Notes under the pieces: generated by a model
The model's input: the letters and a program-made list of their open reading frames with translations, nothing else
Told to the model about the DNA's origin: nothing
The model's database searches: none
Part shown: positions 38,887 through 51,725 of the stretch, in pieces
Layout of the letters: each line of letters begins with the position of its first letter
Position numbering within the stretch: the first letter of the stretch is position 1
Assembly: GCA_037379345.1 (NCBI GenBank)
Contig: CM074522.1
Coordinates: 10,540,001 to 10,604,000 of the forward strand
Direction: 5' to 3'
Source: Perna viridis
Taxonomy: Eukaryota
Length of the DNA: 64,000 nucleotides
Made by a program: the position numbers and the translations under genes

Positions 38887-41800
38887 AAAAACTATATTAT
38901 GGCACTTGTTCACTTCACAATACACAAGGTGGATCTAGCACTTACCATAATATTTTTCACTTTCCTAAAAATACTATCTCCGATGTAAATAATAACATCA
39001 AGGACAATATAAGGCAATGTAATGCCATTATTTTTAATCTTATATTGAAAGTATCTGTGTAATATGCATGTAAATACAATTATCAGCCACTCTTCAGCTG
39101 GGTAAATGTCACTACCCCCTAAAATTATAAAGAATTCTTGATTCAATACAAAGTATATCAAAAACTCTTGGTACAGACTAGAACTCCACTCAGAGGTGAT
39201 ATCCCTTTCCCAAATTATTTTGTTTGCTGTAAAAAGATGAATACACCTATATTGATTCCTGCAGATTAAGATTTACTTTAAAGGCTTAGGAAAGTTTCTT
39301 AGCAAAATTGAAGTTAGACTAAATCAGGCCTTTATTGGGCTTTAGCAAATTGAAAAGCAACAAATAGTGGGGAGATTTGCAAGATTCATTTTAAGGATGG
39401 ATGGGAATAGCTGTTTAAGAAGACATCTGACTAGAAACCAGAATTGAGACCAATCTTACAAAAAAGTCAATGTCTTCAGTGAAATTTTAAACTTTTTATA
39501 GCTAACACCTGAAAATATTCCATGGTCATATTTTATTACTGTCTATCTGGATGAATATAATTGTTTTAATGCAGTGTGGGATATAATTGCATCTGACAAC
39601 AGACATCCAGTGTTATGTTTTACAAAATCATAGAACTGATCTTAATAAAATCATTATGTACATTTCCTTCAGAGCATATGTAACTTCTGTTATAATTATC
39701 TCCCTTTGAGGAGTAGTGTCAGGTAGATTGCTTTAGTATTCTGTTTTCAATTATGGGCAATATTTCAATTAGTAAATATTATCATTAATTTAGAAAATTA
39801 AAAAGTGAGGAAGCTTGTACCTATTACTCTTATTATTCCATCTGGTTTTCTTTCTTTCTTAGGAAAGACTTCAAACAGCTGTAAATGCCGCAGTATGTAT
39901 ATTATAGCTTACTTGCAAAGTGATAGAAAAAGTGCAAGGTAACTATCAGTCTTTTACTTAAGAAATGCATTTCAGTAAGTTAGTCTAAATATTTCTTAAG
40001 AAATACATTTCAGTAAGTTAGTATAAATTTTTCTTTTGACATGAAGTTTTACTATTGCCCCTAGCCTTCGACTATGTCCATATTGACTTTTTCAGATCTT
40101 TTTTTTTTTATTTCCATACTGGCCCCCTTATTAAGGTTAGATCTTTACTTGAAAGCTGATATAAGTGGAGGGTCATTATTGGTAGGATAAGAAATAATCT
40201 GTTTATTATATTCACCTCACTTTTCTCTTGCACTGACATTCAAAAGGCCAAAGGTTAAGCATGTGGCTCCATTAGTGAAACTTGCTTTTATATCATTATT
40301 TCATGTTACTTCAGTGTTAAGCAATGCTCCAGAAGCAAACCACCAAAGACATGCCAACACCTCTTATATTGTATGATATACTGAGGGTTGCAAATCCCTC
40401 ATTCAGTAACCTTTTGACCCTATTGTTTTTGGCTTCTCCATTGTTGATGTTATCATGTTATGTTTGCTGTATATTTATGTCAAATTATTGCCTGCTATTT
40501 TAGCTCATCCTTGTTGGCTGTTTATGTAACTTGTTTTGTATTGTGATATGTATGCTCATGCATAATTACGCAAGACATTAATTACCTAATTGTGCATAAA
40601 CAATTCTTAGGAGTGAAACCTACTTTGTCCATAGGGGCTATCCTACTTCTACCATCAAATATGTAGCTCCTCTTGTATATTCATATACAATATATTAGTT
40701 GGACTGCACATTTAATAATGGGAGGAGTTAAGATAGCCCCTATGTTGAATCTAAATTAAACTCCTTATATCCTAAGGGTTTACTTAGTAGTCAGTTAAGG
40801 CAGCTGTTTAGTTTACACAGGTTAAAAATGCAATGAATGACACCCCTTGTATTAAGGGTTCAGTTTATACTGTATTATGGTGATTCAATGCATGGTGTAG
40901 AATATCATTCTCACACTATCCAACTAATGGAAAGATTCTGCAATATATGTTTATGGAATATTTGCAAGTTTTATTGAATCATTACCATATGGCAGATAAC
41001 TATCTATTGTAATATTTACACATTTTTCAATAAGTCAACACCACAGTGACTTGTGTCATAAATATTTCCCCTAAAGTAAATATCTGATTATTATATTAAT
41101 GCCACTTACTGCCTCTTTAGAAATACTTGACAATTAAATTAAATCATCACAATCCATTATCAATTATCTAATATGGATATGATAGTCTACTTGTTGGTAT
41201 GATGGTCTCTTAAATCTTTCCATTGGTCCTGTGGTAAGTTTTAGTATGCACCAGGGTGTCTTACAACATGTATTCAAAAATAATCATTTTTTAAATCATC
41301 TGTATTTTGCATGTCTGGTCCTTGAATAATGCCCCGAGTTTTAGAGACCATATACAGTAATGCATGCAAATTTAAGACTATCTATGTATCATTTACAATT
41401 TGAATCGATGAAAAACAAATATTGAAAATTTTGTCAATAGTACCCTTTGCTAAAAATGTTTTATTTTCAGTAGCAATTAATGATCTTAATTACCAGTCAG
41501 GCACAGGTCAGGCACAGGTCAAGAGATCTCTTAAAAGTGTGTGTGTGTTTTGGGGGGAAGGATTCCAAGAAATGTGTATAAAAACATTTCAAACTTTTTA
41601 GACATGTCTTGATGCATTGCACTTCAGTTAATATGTCCCTTTTCCAGTCTACTCTTTTGTTCCTGAACAAATATCTCTTGGATGTGTTACCACAGGTCTC
41701 ACTAACCACTTCTGGGTCAAATGGCCACCCTCTATGTAGTACCAAAAACACACTGAACCTAGACCTATGCTATGTAAGTGCATTATTTGTGTGTACTCTG

Positions 41801-43405
41801 ATTAAAAGTAGTCAAAATAAAGCTGAGAATGTGTACTTTAAAACCATATGTAATTTACTAAGTGCATGAATATTGTTGACCTGTATGAGTTATTTGCCTC
41901 CATGCAGTCAGTTGGCAGAAAAGGTAAAAATGTGGATTTTCAGTATTATTTATTCAAGTAAATTTTGTGAAGAATTTCTACAATCATCATGCCATTACCA
42001 TAATGATTTTGGAAGCCATATTTTCACAGCTTTGCAATGGTATGCAACTTGAGGATGTCATTTGGAAATTCACAGTGAAACTTTGAAAATTACTTTTTTA
42101 ACATGTATAAAGTAATGGAAACTTAACAAGTGGTTAGTGAGACCATATAATTCAGAATTTAAAAGGCTCGTGTAATGGTTCAGAGTGATTCTAAAAATCT
42201 TAGCAACCAAATGATTTTAACAATGTATAATGATCATTGTAAAGTTGATGGGTGTGAAAAATGACTTTCAACCTTTTATAGGAAGAAATACTTCTGTAAC
42301 AGACTTTGTTTACACTTGTACAAATATTTGGATTGACTTGTAGTATGGAATGCATTGTTTGTCATAACTTAACCACCTAACATTGTTTTAAAGCTCACTC
42401 AGGTGGTAGAAACTGGGTGGAACAGCTCAAATGTCCAAACAAATATTAACACATAACTGTGTTGGGATTCTCAGTCTGAAGTATCCTCAAGTGTTTACTG
42501 TTTTTAAACAACTTCCTATTATATGATATACTTTGAAGATCAAATTAAGTTAAAATTAAATCACGTAATTCAAAGATGGCCAAAGAAATAGTACTGTACA
42601 TGTAGGAACATGAAACTACAGTACTTCCAGTTAAACCGATAGCAAAAGAAGAGAAAATAAACTTACATTAACAACTTCCTATCATAGAAATTACTTTTAA
42701 CATATTTGTATGCAAGCCTTTTATTAGATTGACAATGTTTTGTATAATTCAAGGAAGACTGAGAAAAACATGTACAAAAACGTACATATTTTGGTAAAGT
42801 TATACTAATGCTAATTAGAAACTAGTCCTATCATTCAATTAAGCCTGTGAACAGCACTGCCAAAAGAGGACATTAACATATTGTAAACTGTGAAATTTTC
42901 ACAGCAGTATTATTTTCTTTGTTGTCATGCAAAAATTCAGTTGTCAAGAATATTTTCTTCAAAGAATATTATATGACATGATTTGAGAAATAATCACAAA
43001 ATTCAGACTCTGTGAAAGTGGAGTGATCACCCCCCCCTCCAAATAAAAAGAAGAAAAAAAAAAGAAAGATCGCATCAAGGGTTTCCAGTTTACTGTAACA
43101 CTCTCCATTTTCAATCATGTACTTTATTTTGTTAAATATTCTCTTAAGATGAAAACAATTTGATAATAAATCCACCTCCTGAAGTACCAGAAGTAGATAA
43201 TGGTTTACCATTCCATAGCGAAAAAAAACCAGAAATAGTGAATTAAAATGGAAACAAAATCAGATTAGACAGATGCCAAAACCTGAACAAAACAGATAAA
43301 ATGGCAGCTAATACTTCATATTATATAATTACGGAGAAGATTTATGAAGGTCAAATTTTACAAAGTCATAATGAAATCCTGGAATTGAAGTGGAAAGGAC
43401 TGAAT

Positions 43406-43597
43406 CAGTGGCGGATCCAGAGATCACCAGTGAGGTTAAAGAAATCATACTAAATAACTGAATTGTTTGATAACTATTGAATCATACTATATTCTTAGTG
43501 TTTTTCATGATTTAACACACACTATTTTTCAACCATTTTTTAAAATTTGCAATTTTCTAAGAGGGAGTGAGTGGGGGGGCTGGATCTGCTGCCACTA
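43406..43597. mobile_element. GGCGGATCC-type MITE
   Basis: CAGTGGCGGATCCAG ... CTGGATCTGCTGCCACT inverted termini. Confidence 0.65.
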
Positions 43598-44326
43598 AGA
43601 ATTTTTTTTCCATATACCCATGTACATACAAAACAGCATTTTTTTATTTTTTTTTTCCATTTTGTTTTTGCACTGTATCAGAAATTGTATTTGGCAGTTT
43701 ATATAAGAGTTATTAAATCTATGTCCTTAGGTAAAGCAGAGCCACTGGAAACTTGACTAGCAATTAAGCTATGAAGAGGACATTGTGTGTTGATGAAATC
43801 TTAAATTACAGAATATGTTTGTATGACTGAAGATTTCAAGTATTAGATTGGAACAGTTTTGATTCTTAATTCATTTTTAATCTTCAGTTAGAAGATTTAA
43901 TTATAAGATAGTAAAGTTTGAATTTCTGAAGCTATAAAGATGCTTTCTGATAATTATTGAAATGCAAAATTATTTTAATAACCCAATTAATTGTGAAGCT
44001 TAGATAAGGGAGTGTGGAATGTACAGATTTATGACAATTTGAACTTTCACCAATTTTAGAAACACAAAAATAACTTCGCTATGTAGAAGGAGGAAAGCCA
44101 AGTAGTACAAATAAGTTAATGATAAACTCCTTCCATATATTGCCTGAGGACCTGTGTATAATTACAGGGTATTATAACATTCCTATAAAGTCTTGTGATT
44201 CCATCTGATCTACTCATCAATTAGAAGTTTAACAATTAGAATATGACTATCAGCAGAGGTTAATATTATTGTATATAATCCTAGTATTAGAGATTTTAAA
44301 TACACTGGTAAAGGTAGTTCACAAAA

Positions 44327-44529
44327 TACTGTATAAGTACCTTTATTCATGGATACTAATTTTCTAGAATTAGGGAAAAAACATCATAGATTCAAAAAAA
44401 GTGTGGAATAAACAACCTCCATCTTGCAGTTGAATGGGATTTTTTTGTTCAGAACTGAACTAATGGTTGTTTCCAAAACATAAGAAAACCATGAATTAGT
44501 ATCTAATGAACAACAAGACATTCACAGTA
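44327..44529. mobile_element. TA-flanked MITE (TACTGT...ACAGTA), decayed; similar element at ~42879-43097
   Basis: Inverted internal blocks TTCATGGATACTAATT / AATTAGTATCTAATGAA and TACTGT/ACAGTA termini. Confidence 0.55.
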
Positions 44530-44733
44530 TTACCAAAAGTCTTACAGTCATACCATACTTTAAGTTGCTTGGTCTTCATTATAGCAGTCAGAATTGGAAA
44601 ATTCATGTTTGCCACGAATATTGGTATTTGAGCTAAATTTTACAGTTTTACCTTCCATGTAATTGTTCTAAAAATAAAGCCCAAAACTTAAGAAAATGAG
44701 GGAATTTTCACTTGGTGTTTTCATGTGGGATTG

Positions 44734-45405
44734 TTATACCCCATGCAATGAAGTTGCGAAGGGTATAATGTTTTTGACCTGTCCATCAGTCCATCTTCAG
44801 TTTTCCTGACTTTTTTTTCTTAATGCTTGCCGGTATTGGCATGATTTTTGGTATATAAGTTCATCATGATAAGTTACAGGTCAAGTTTATGTTTAGTTCC
44901 ACTCAAATAACAATTTTTCAGACTTTTTTTCAAAACGCTTGCAGACATTGACATGATTTTCAGTCTATAAACTCACCATGATAAGTTACATGATAAGTCT
45001 GTAGTTGGTTCTGCTTCGATGATTTTTTCCAAAATTATGGGCCTTGAACTTGGCTGAATTCATAGAAATATTCATATTTCTGACTTTTTTTTTCCACGCT
45101 TGCGGATAATGACATGATTTCATAAGGTCGCCATGATAAGTTACAGGTCAAGTGTATGTTTTGTTCCGCTATGATATTTACTTTTGATTAACTAAAACTC
45201 GAAGAAATCACAGTCTGGAGATTGAAAGTACCATTCAGAGTTAGAGAATTAAATTAGAATATAAAGGTCTAAAGCTTGAAAAACACACCATTATACCTTG
45301 TTTTATTGGGGTCCTTCTTCATGTATTTCTCTTACGAACAAATTTGCTTGTGTATCCAACATTGGGACGCATAGGGTATGTGAGCGCGCTCACTAAGTTT
45401 CTTTA
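44734..45405 (+). mobile_element. Non-autonomous Helentron (HINE/DINE-like) with an internal tandem array
   Basis: 5' TTATACCCC..GCAA.GAAGTTGC.AAGGGTATAA stem-loop followed by GTCC-type short repeats; three internal units (CATGATTT...CATGATAAGTTACA); 3' GGGTAT subTIR and palindrome GTGAGCGCGCTCAC. Confidence 0.8.
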
Positions 45406-46027
45406 ATTCAGCTTTTATATCTATCTTACATAATTATGTACATTTTGCTTTTAATAAAATGCAATAATGTAATTGCTCCATGATTGCAAATATATGACCA
45501 AGGGGATAGAAGAAACTATGAATATATTACTCCTGACTTACTGATTGTCGTGTAAAAGAGATAAGGATAGTCTGACAATGTTGAAATATTCATAGCAGAA
45601 CCAAATCAATGTATAATTTCTATTTTAGGACTCATTGAGCAAAAAATGTTTTGATTCTGATAAAATAGAAGAAGACAGTATACATATTTACCAAAGCAAT
45701 TCTAAATGTATATTTTAAGAGTATTGTGTTAATGTTTCATCTTATAGACTGAAGTTAACCTCAACAGAATCATCTCTTTTCAAGAACAAAATTTTAACAT
45801 ATTAATAAAATAATGAAGTTATAGTGAAATGTTCTATACCACTCTTAACTAATTAAGTTACTGTGAAATGTTCTATACTACTCTCTGCTTTGTAAGCACT
45901 TTTGAATTGTGTTTCACATCATTTGGTTAATCACCAAATATTCCTGGTAATCACCAAATATTCTTTGTGGGTTTGAAAATTTAATTGACTACATACTTCA
46001 TTATGAAGTAATAACTGTCTATTTTCA

Positions 46028-46042
46028 AAATAGAAAAATATA

Positions 46043-46086
<44 letters not shown>
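46028..46086. repeat. (TG)n microsatellite, ~29 units
   Basis: Directly visible. Confidence 0.98.
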
Positions 46087-46087
<1 letters not shown>

Positions 46088-46447
46088 ATGCAGGGAAGGA
46101 GTGTGGTTAGGAAAAGCATCATGGTGTAGGTTCTCATGGGTATCAGAACTCACATGTCAAGACAACCATATATTTTTAGAACTCGGCTTTCTATTTTTTA
46201 GTTTTGCCAAATTGTTCCTTTTCACAAAGTCATAAACTATTTATACTCTATTATCTATGGTCAAACAATAACCACTTTTAAGCCTATAAATTTGAATGAG
46301 ATTGTAATATACCTGTTTCTGTAAGAATCAGGCAGTGGGTGGAATATATGATAACAAAAAACACTTTGAAATGGTAATTTCATTACTAAATGTACTAAGG
46401 AATAAAGTTTAGATTTGCGGTATCTTTTTCGGTAAAATGAGATTTAA

Positions 46448-46659
46448 GGAGGTAGACCTATGGTAAGGGATATAACTCTTGAAATCAGTGATATGTTTGT
46501 ATCATATTCAATATCAGCAAAGCCTCTCAAACCTTCGGTCAAAGCTGAATAAAATCAGTCCAAGTTAATTAGATGCTTGCATAATAGTGATGTTAAATGC
46601 TGAATACAAACGTTCCAATGATTTTTAGGAGTAGTGTCCCTTACCCAAGGTGTACCTCC
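46448..46659. mobile_element. Kolobok-type MITE (GG termini, TTAA-like TSD, 23-bp TIR)
   Basis: TTAA|GGAGGTAGACCTATGGTAAGGGA ... TCCCTTACCCAAGGTGTACCTCC|TTAC; 20/23 inverted match. Confidence 0.8.
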
Positions 46660-47567
46660 TTACTCTCATCGTTAAACAGATGCAAATAATAACAATTCTG
46701 TCAAAACCAGAACAAACAAACTAAAGAACATTCAACATTCCATTAAAAATGTTCCCAACTTCTCCAGTTCCAAAGAGAGACTTTATGGTGGTCATTTCAA
46801 ATACAGAGAATCACTTGGAGTGAAATCAGTGTCAACTGGGTTAGCTATTACCATAAATTGCTTGGTTTGATTAAAGATTTTGCCTTCTTTTTACCTATAT
46901 TAGTACCTAATGATCACAATGGCACACCTTATTTGATATCAAATTTACCTACTGTTTTTTTCTACGGCACCAAAAGGCTCTATAATCGAAGACTTGAGGA
47001 CTATACCATAAATATCAAGAAATGGCAAATGTAAACTATTTAAAAGGCAGTTTCTTTTATCTTTTAAATCTTTCCTGCATCAAATTTTCATAAATTACTC
47101 TGTACAGACACTTGTTTCATTCTCAAGAATGGAAGGTTATGGTCAACAAACATCGTAAAACCTAATACAGAATTTAATAGCTATTAAGTGGGTTTTATTA
47201 TTCAAATTGGTCAACACAATAAAGGATAATGTCAAGTATTCAGGACTGTGATGATTTTACAGGGCTGTCCAGTACAGAATGAAGGAAAGGGTTTTATTTA
47301 CTAAGTGGCAGCTTTGGTGAATAATAATGTACCTTTGGATGTCAATATTCATGGCATTGTGTAGATTTTAAAAGCAACAGATAAATTCCCTGTTTCAGTC
47401 CTGAAATTTATCAAAAATGAGGATCCAGCATATTATTTACTAAATTTTTCCTAAATTAACTAAGTCACGGTTTCCAACAAAAAAATGGGGTTTCTCCCTG
47501 GGAATCCTCCCCTTGATGCACCAGGTAAATAATTCTGAGATATACACTCCTTGCAAGCATGTACCAA

Positions 47568-47885
47568 CCCTTATGGAATAGCTTTACATCTAGGGTTCTT
47601 TACCCACCCTCATGAAATAGCCTAACATAGCTTTACATCTAGGGTTCTTTATCCAACCTCATGGAATAGCCTAACACCTAGGGTTCTTTACCCACCCTCA
47701 TGGAATAGCCTAACACCTAGGGTTCTTTACCCCCCTCATGGAATAGCCTTACACCTAGGGTTCTTTATCCACCTAAATGGAGTAGTCTTACACCTAGGGT
47801 TCTTTAATCCACCTAAATGGAATAGTCTTACACCTAGGGTTCATAACCCATCCCAAGTAATAGCCTTGCACCTAGGGTTCTTTTA
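47568..47885. repeat. Minisatellite, ~38-39-bp unit x~8
   Basis: CACCTAGGGTTCTTTA.CCACC..ATGGAATAG.CT.A repeated. Confidence 0.95.
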
Positions 47886-50800
47886 CTTCTTGTAGGATTT
47901 GTCCTATAATTAGATTGCATGTTTGTAATAAAGCCTTTCAGTGCACGAAATAGAGGGATTATACATACATTATACATACATTGTACAAACTTTTGCCCCT
48001 AATATCTTTAACATGATAAATATATCTAAATGTGTTCTACCTTACCTGATAAATATCTACAGAATACACGTACATGTACTTACAACATTTAGAGGTAAAT
48101 TAAAATCACCGTAATTCAATTCAATCCAAGGTTTGATCCAAAGTGCAATATATGCTATGAGTCATACATAAGATCCTGGCCTGAACCATTGATAGTATCC
48201 CCAAGGTTAGGTTAATATGTAATCGTATACTACATGTAATTGTTGATAATGTGTTTATCTTGGTTGATTATTCTCAGGATGTATTTTCCTATTAAAAGGG
48301 TCAAGTGATAACGTCGATAGATGGTTGTACCACACTTCATATTTATTTAGATTACCGACTCGTAGAGAAAAAATATCTTTAAATCTTAATTTTTTAATTT
48401 TAAGGCTTTTCCACTGCACTTAGGTATTTCATCGGATCCTCGGGAGGGGGGGGGTTACTTCTATGCCAGGGATTTAGATTAAAATTCAAAAGTTTTCCGT
48501 TGAGAATTGGACATTTGTACTTTTTCGGTCCGTGCGTCCGTTTCTTCTTAGGTTGAAGCCTTTAAATCTTCTAAATTTAAAGTAATGTTTTTAGTTCTTA
48601 AAATGGTTTTGATCGAAAAGCACACGCCAGGGAATTAGGATCGTCGACGTATCCTTTTGTTAGAAAGGAACAATTCGCATTTTGGAAGATGTAAATAACA
48701 CATTTAATTTGAAATGAAGAAACGTGATCAAATTTACTGTTTAAGGAATGACCGGTTGGTTTAGAGAGAAAAACAACTTTTAGTAACAGTATAAAGGCCA
48801 GAGATTACCATCCAACCCCCTACCCCATTTTTTTTTAAATTAGAAAAAAAAATAAAAATGAAATCATTCGCAACATACCAGTTTAAGTTGCATCCAATTG
48901 AAAACTGTGAATCATTCGATCCAAATTGTAATATCAGAACAGCTTCGGACCATCAACAATAATTGCACAATAGAACATAATCCATCACCCAAACACTATA
49001 TCCTCAATGTTGTTAATATCATTGGAACCAAATTCTGCATAATGTTTATTTTGTTATGATAAATCGACCTTCCTTCCTGATTTGAATACTAAATTACTGA
49101 TATTATAAAGAGTCAGGTAGAGTAAAAGTCCATTTTATTTGTACCCGGATTGTATGTAGCAATAGATAATGTATGCCATTAATCTTTCTGATAATGTATA
49201 CACCACTAGTAACTGCTGTAAATGTCAAAATTTCTCGCCCATGCAAATTAGAAGAATTTGCTATTTGATTGATACATTTGTACATGCAATCAATAATTTC
49301 TTTTTTTAAGCAAGTTTAGTTTGAGATCCAAACTGATGTGATTGTATTTTTTTAAATTATTACTCGAATCACAATATGAAATTTACTACGATGGGGATCG
49401 ATGAATTTTTAAGCGCAACTCGAATGGTAGATTAGGGACCCTGACGTTCGTCCGTTCGCCCGCCGTTCACTTGTTTCATTTTCAGTTGATAAGTAAGGAA
49501 TCGTTTAACTAATCTTTCCATTCAAGTAATTGTTTGATTTTTGTCATGAAAATTGAATTAATATGTGAATGTGGTCACCGGAATTATCACCTTTCTCGTT
49601 TTAAATAAAAAGATATCCTTTTTACAGGAATAGTTAATTAGCGAAATGTTAGGGAGAAAACAACATTGCAAAAGTTTCACTGAGATATGGACACCGACGT
49701 GGAAAAGAAAGGAAAACACATGTAGTAAACACAGAATAGTGTAGAGAGGTGTAGTGGCGATGTCAGAAGTTGAGGGAAAAAACAAAAAAAAAGATACAGA
49801 AAGAGTTGGTGTTTGCCTTATTGTTACCCAGACACGAAGATGACCAAGAAGGTAAGTAATGCATTGCTTTAAAAATATTTTTACAGCAAAGTAATACATC
49901 TTATGTGAAAACAACATTATGAACTTGTCCTATTCAACCGCTGACAGATTTTTACCAGTACTGATCCTTAATGATTAATAACCTGACCTCAAATTTGATT
50001 TACTGGTATAAATATATATTTCAATGTGAAACATCTGTTTAAATACTAAACTTGCTCGTGATTTTTTTAATTTATTTAATGTGTTATAACTTTCAACGTA
50101 AAATTCCAATATCAAACACGTGTTATATACATTTTATAACCCGTCGTTTTAAAAGTATTAAAACAAATTGAGAGAAAAATATTTATTTTTTATTATGATG
50201 AAACAATCCATGACTCCCCTGTTATATATTTGGTTTGTGCTTTTTGGACTAACTCCTTTTAACCCTCTAACCTTCTTTTAGGTATTATTGGGTACTACAC
50301 AGTGTTGTGCTCAAAACAGCGTCCCTTGTTTAGTTGTACCTGCGATTCATTATTTCCATCACTATTGCGTTTTTTTTCTCGAACGAACCTTGCTTACATA
50401 CTGATAATATTCCATTCTCACTGAACAATTTCCAAATAAAACAGACGTTTTGTACTGTCAGACAAAATTCAGACTATTGCAACTGTTGAAAAGGAACTAT
50501 CACACGACATTGTTTGTTTAACATCTCCTGGATGGATTTTATCTTGGCATTAATCGTTTTATGTTAATTGAGTTTGTTAGAAAATTCAGTGTCAAATCAG
50601 GCATTTACATTACTTCGTTTAGAATTACGAGGAAGTTGCGTGAGCAGCTGCAGAGAACATCATGCTTAATACATATTATTAAATATATGTATATTGCTAC
50701 ACACTTAGAAAGTATTAAAAATAAACTTGAAACAAGAGACAACGTTATGTAAAGTTTTATATACTTGTTTTTAATGTGTCTAACTCGTCAGTTGTTTAGT

Positions 50801-51309
50801 GAAAATGTACTTACACATGTATTTATATATGTCATAACCACGTGGTCCAAACTTCGTATTTTGTTTGATTTAACTTGTTAATAAATTGATTCTCATTTTA
50901 CGGAAAACCAAGGTACCTACATGTACCATATTTCATTTAGCAGGTACACGTACCTTGTATTAGAAGTAGGACAAACAATAAAAAACAATGAAAAGCACTT
51001 TCTTTTAAAAAAAAAAAATGAGTCAGCATGAGCAGATTGTTTGTATCATGTGCATTTATACTATCAAATAAATATTTTACATGGATATCAAAGGACAATG
51101 AAATCTTTTATGATCTTTCATGCTAGAACAATCGGAAAACAGGATGGGTCAGTATGCTCGTTTTAGATATAAGCTATAAACATTTGAAATTTTGGCGGGA
51201 AAAGGATTTCTCTGGATTTTCCTTAGGTTTTGACTTAGTTCACAAGTTTTGGGGGATTGACTTAAGACTTCAGACTAAACAATATGACCTACACAGAAAC
51301 TTTCTGAAT

Positions 51310-51725
51310 TCGTACTTATTTTTTCTCAGTTTCCGCTTTATACATGACTTATTACCATTAAATAATTTTAGTTTCGGGAATTTTGTACATCGCATGTACC
51401 CCCAAAGAACTTGAGATAAAGGATACTGCAGACACTGTGAAGTCAGCCTCATTTCTTGACCTACACTAAGAGATCGATGGAAAAGGAATATTATTGACCA
51501 AACTACATGTGTACGACAAACGCGATGACTTCATTCCGTATTGTCAACTTACCTTTCATCTGTGGTGACATCCCTTCAGCGCCTGCGTTTGGAGTTATAT
51601 ACATTATGCCAGAGCTTTCCGTTACACATACTTTTTGTACCGCGCTAGAGACTTATTACAATTAGGACTCTTAAACAGGGTTGTGTAGCTACAAGATTAA
51701 AGTCATCACTACGGAAGTTTTATGC
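51310..51725 (+). mobile_element. Penelope-like element reverse-transcriptase fragment, frameshifted
   Basis: Piecewise translation: FRFIHDLLPLNN..FVHRMYP/ELEIKDT..SASFLDL.L/IDGKG.L.TKL(HV)YDKRDDF/VNLPFICGDIPSAPAFGV/YARA/QG.VATRLKSSLRKFY. This fits bivalve PLE RT C-termini; YIDD has decayed to FIHD. Confidence 0.88.

Noticed and set aside
44015-44036. miR-1-like TGGAATGTACAGATTTATG, plus let-7, bantam and miR-279 seed matches at ~20078, ~57050 and ~17355
   Set aside because: Only seed-level matches with many mismatches, and no precursor hairpin was visible.
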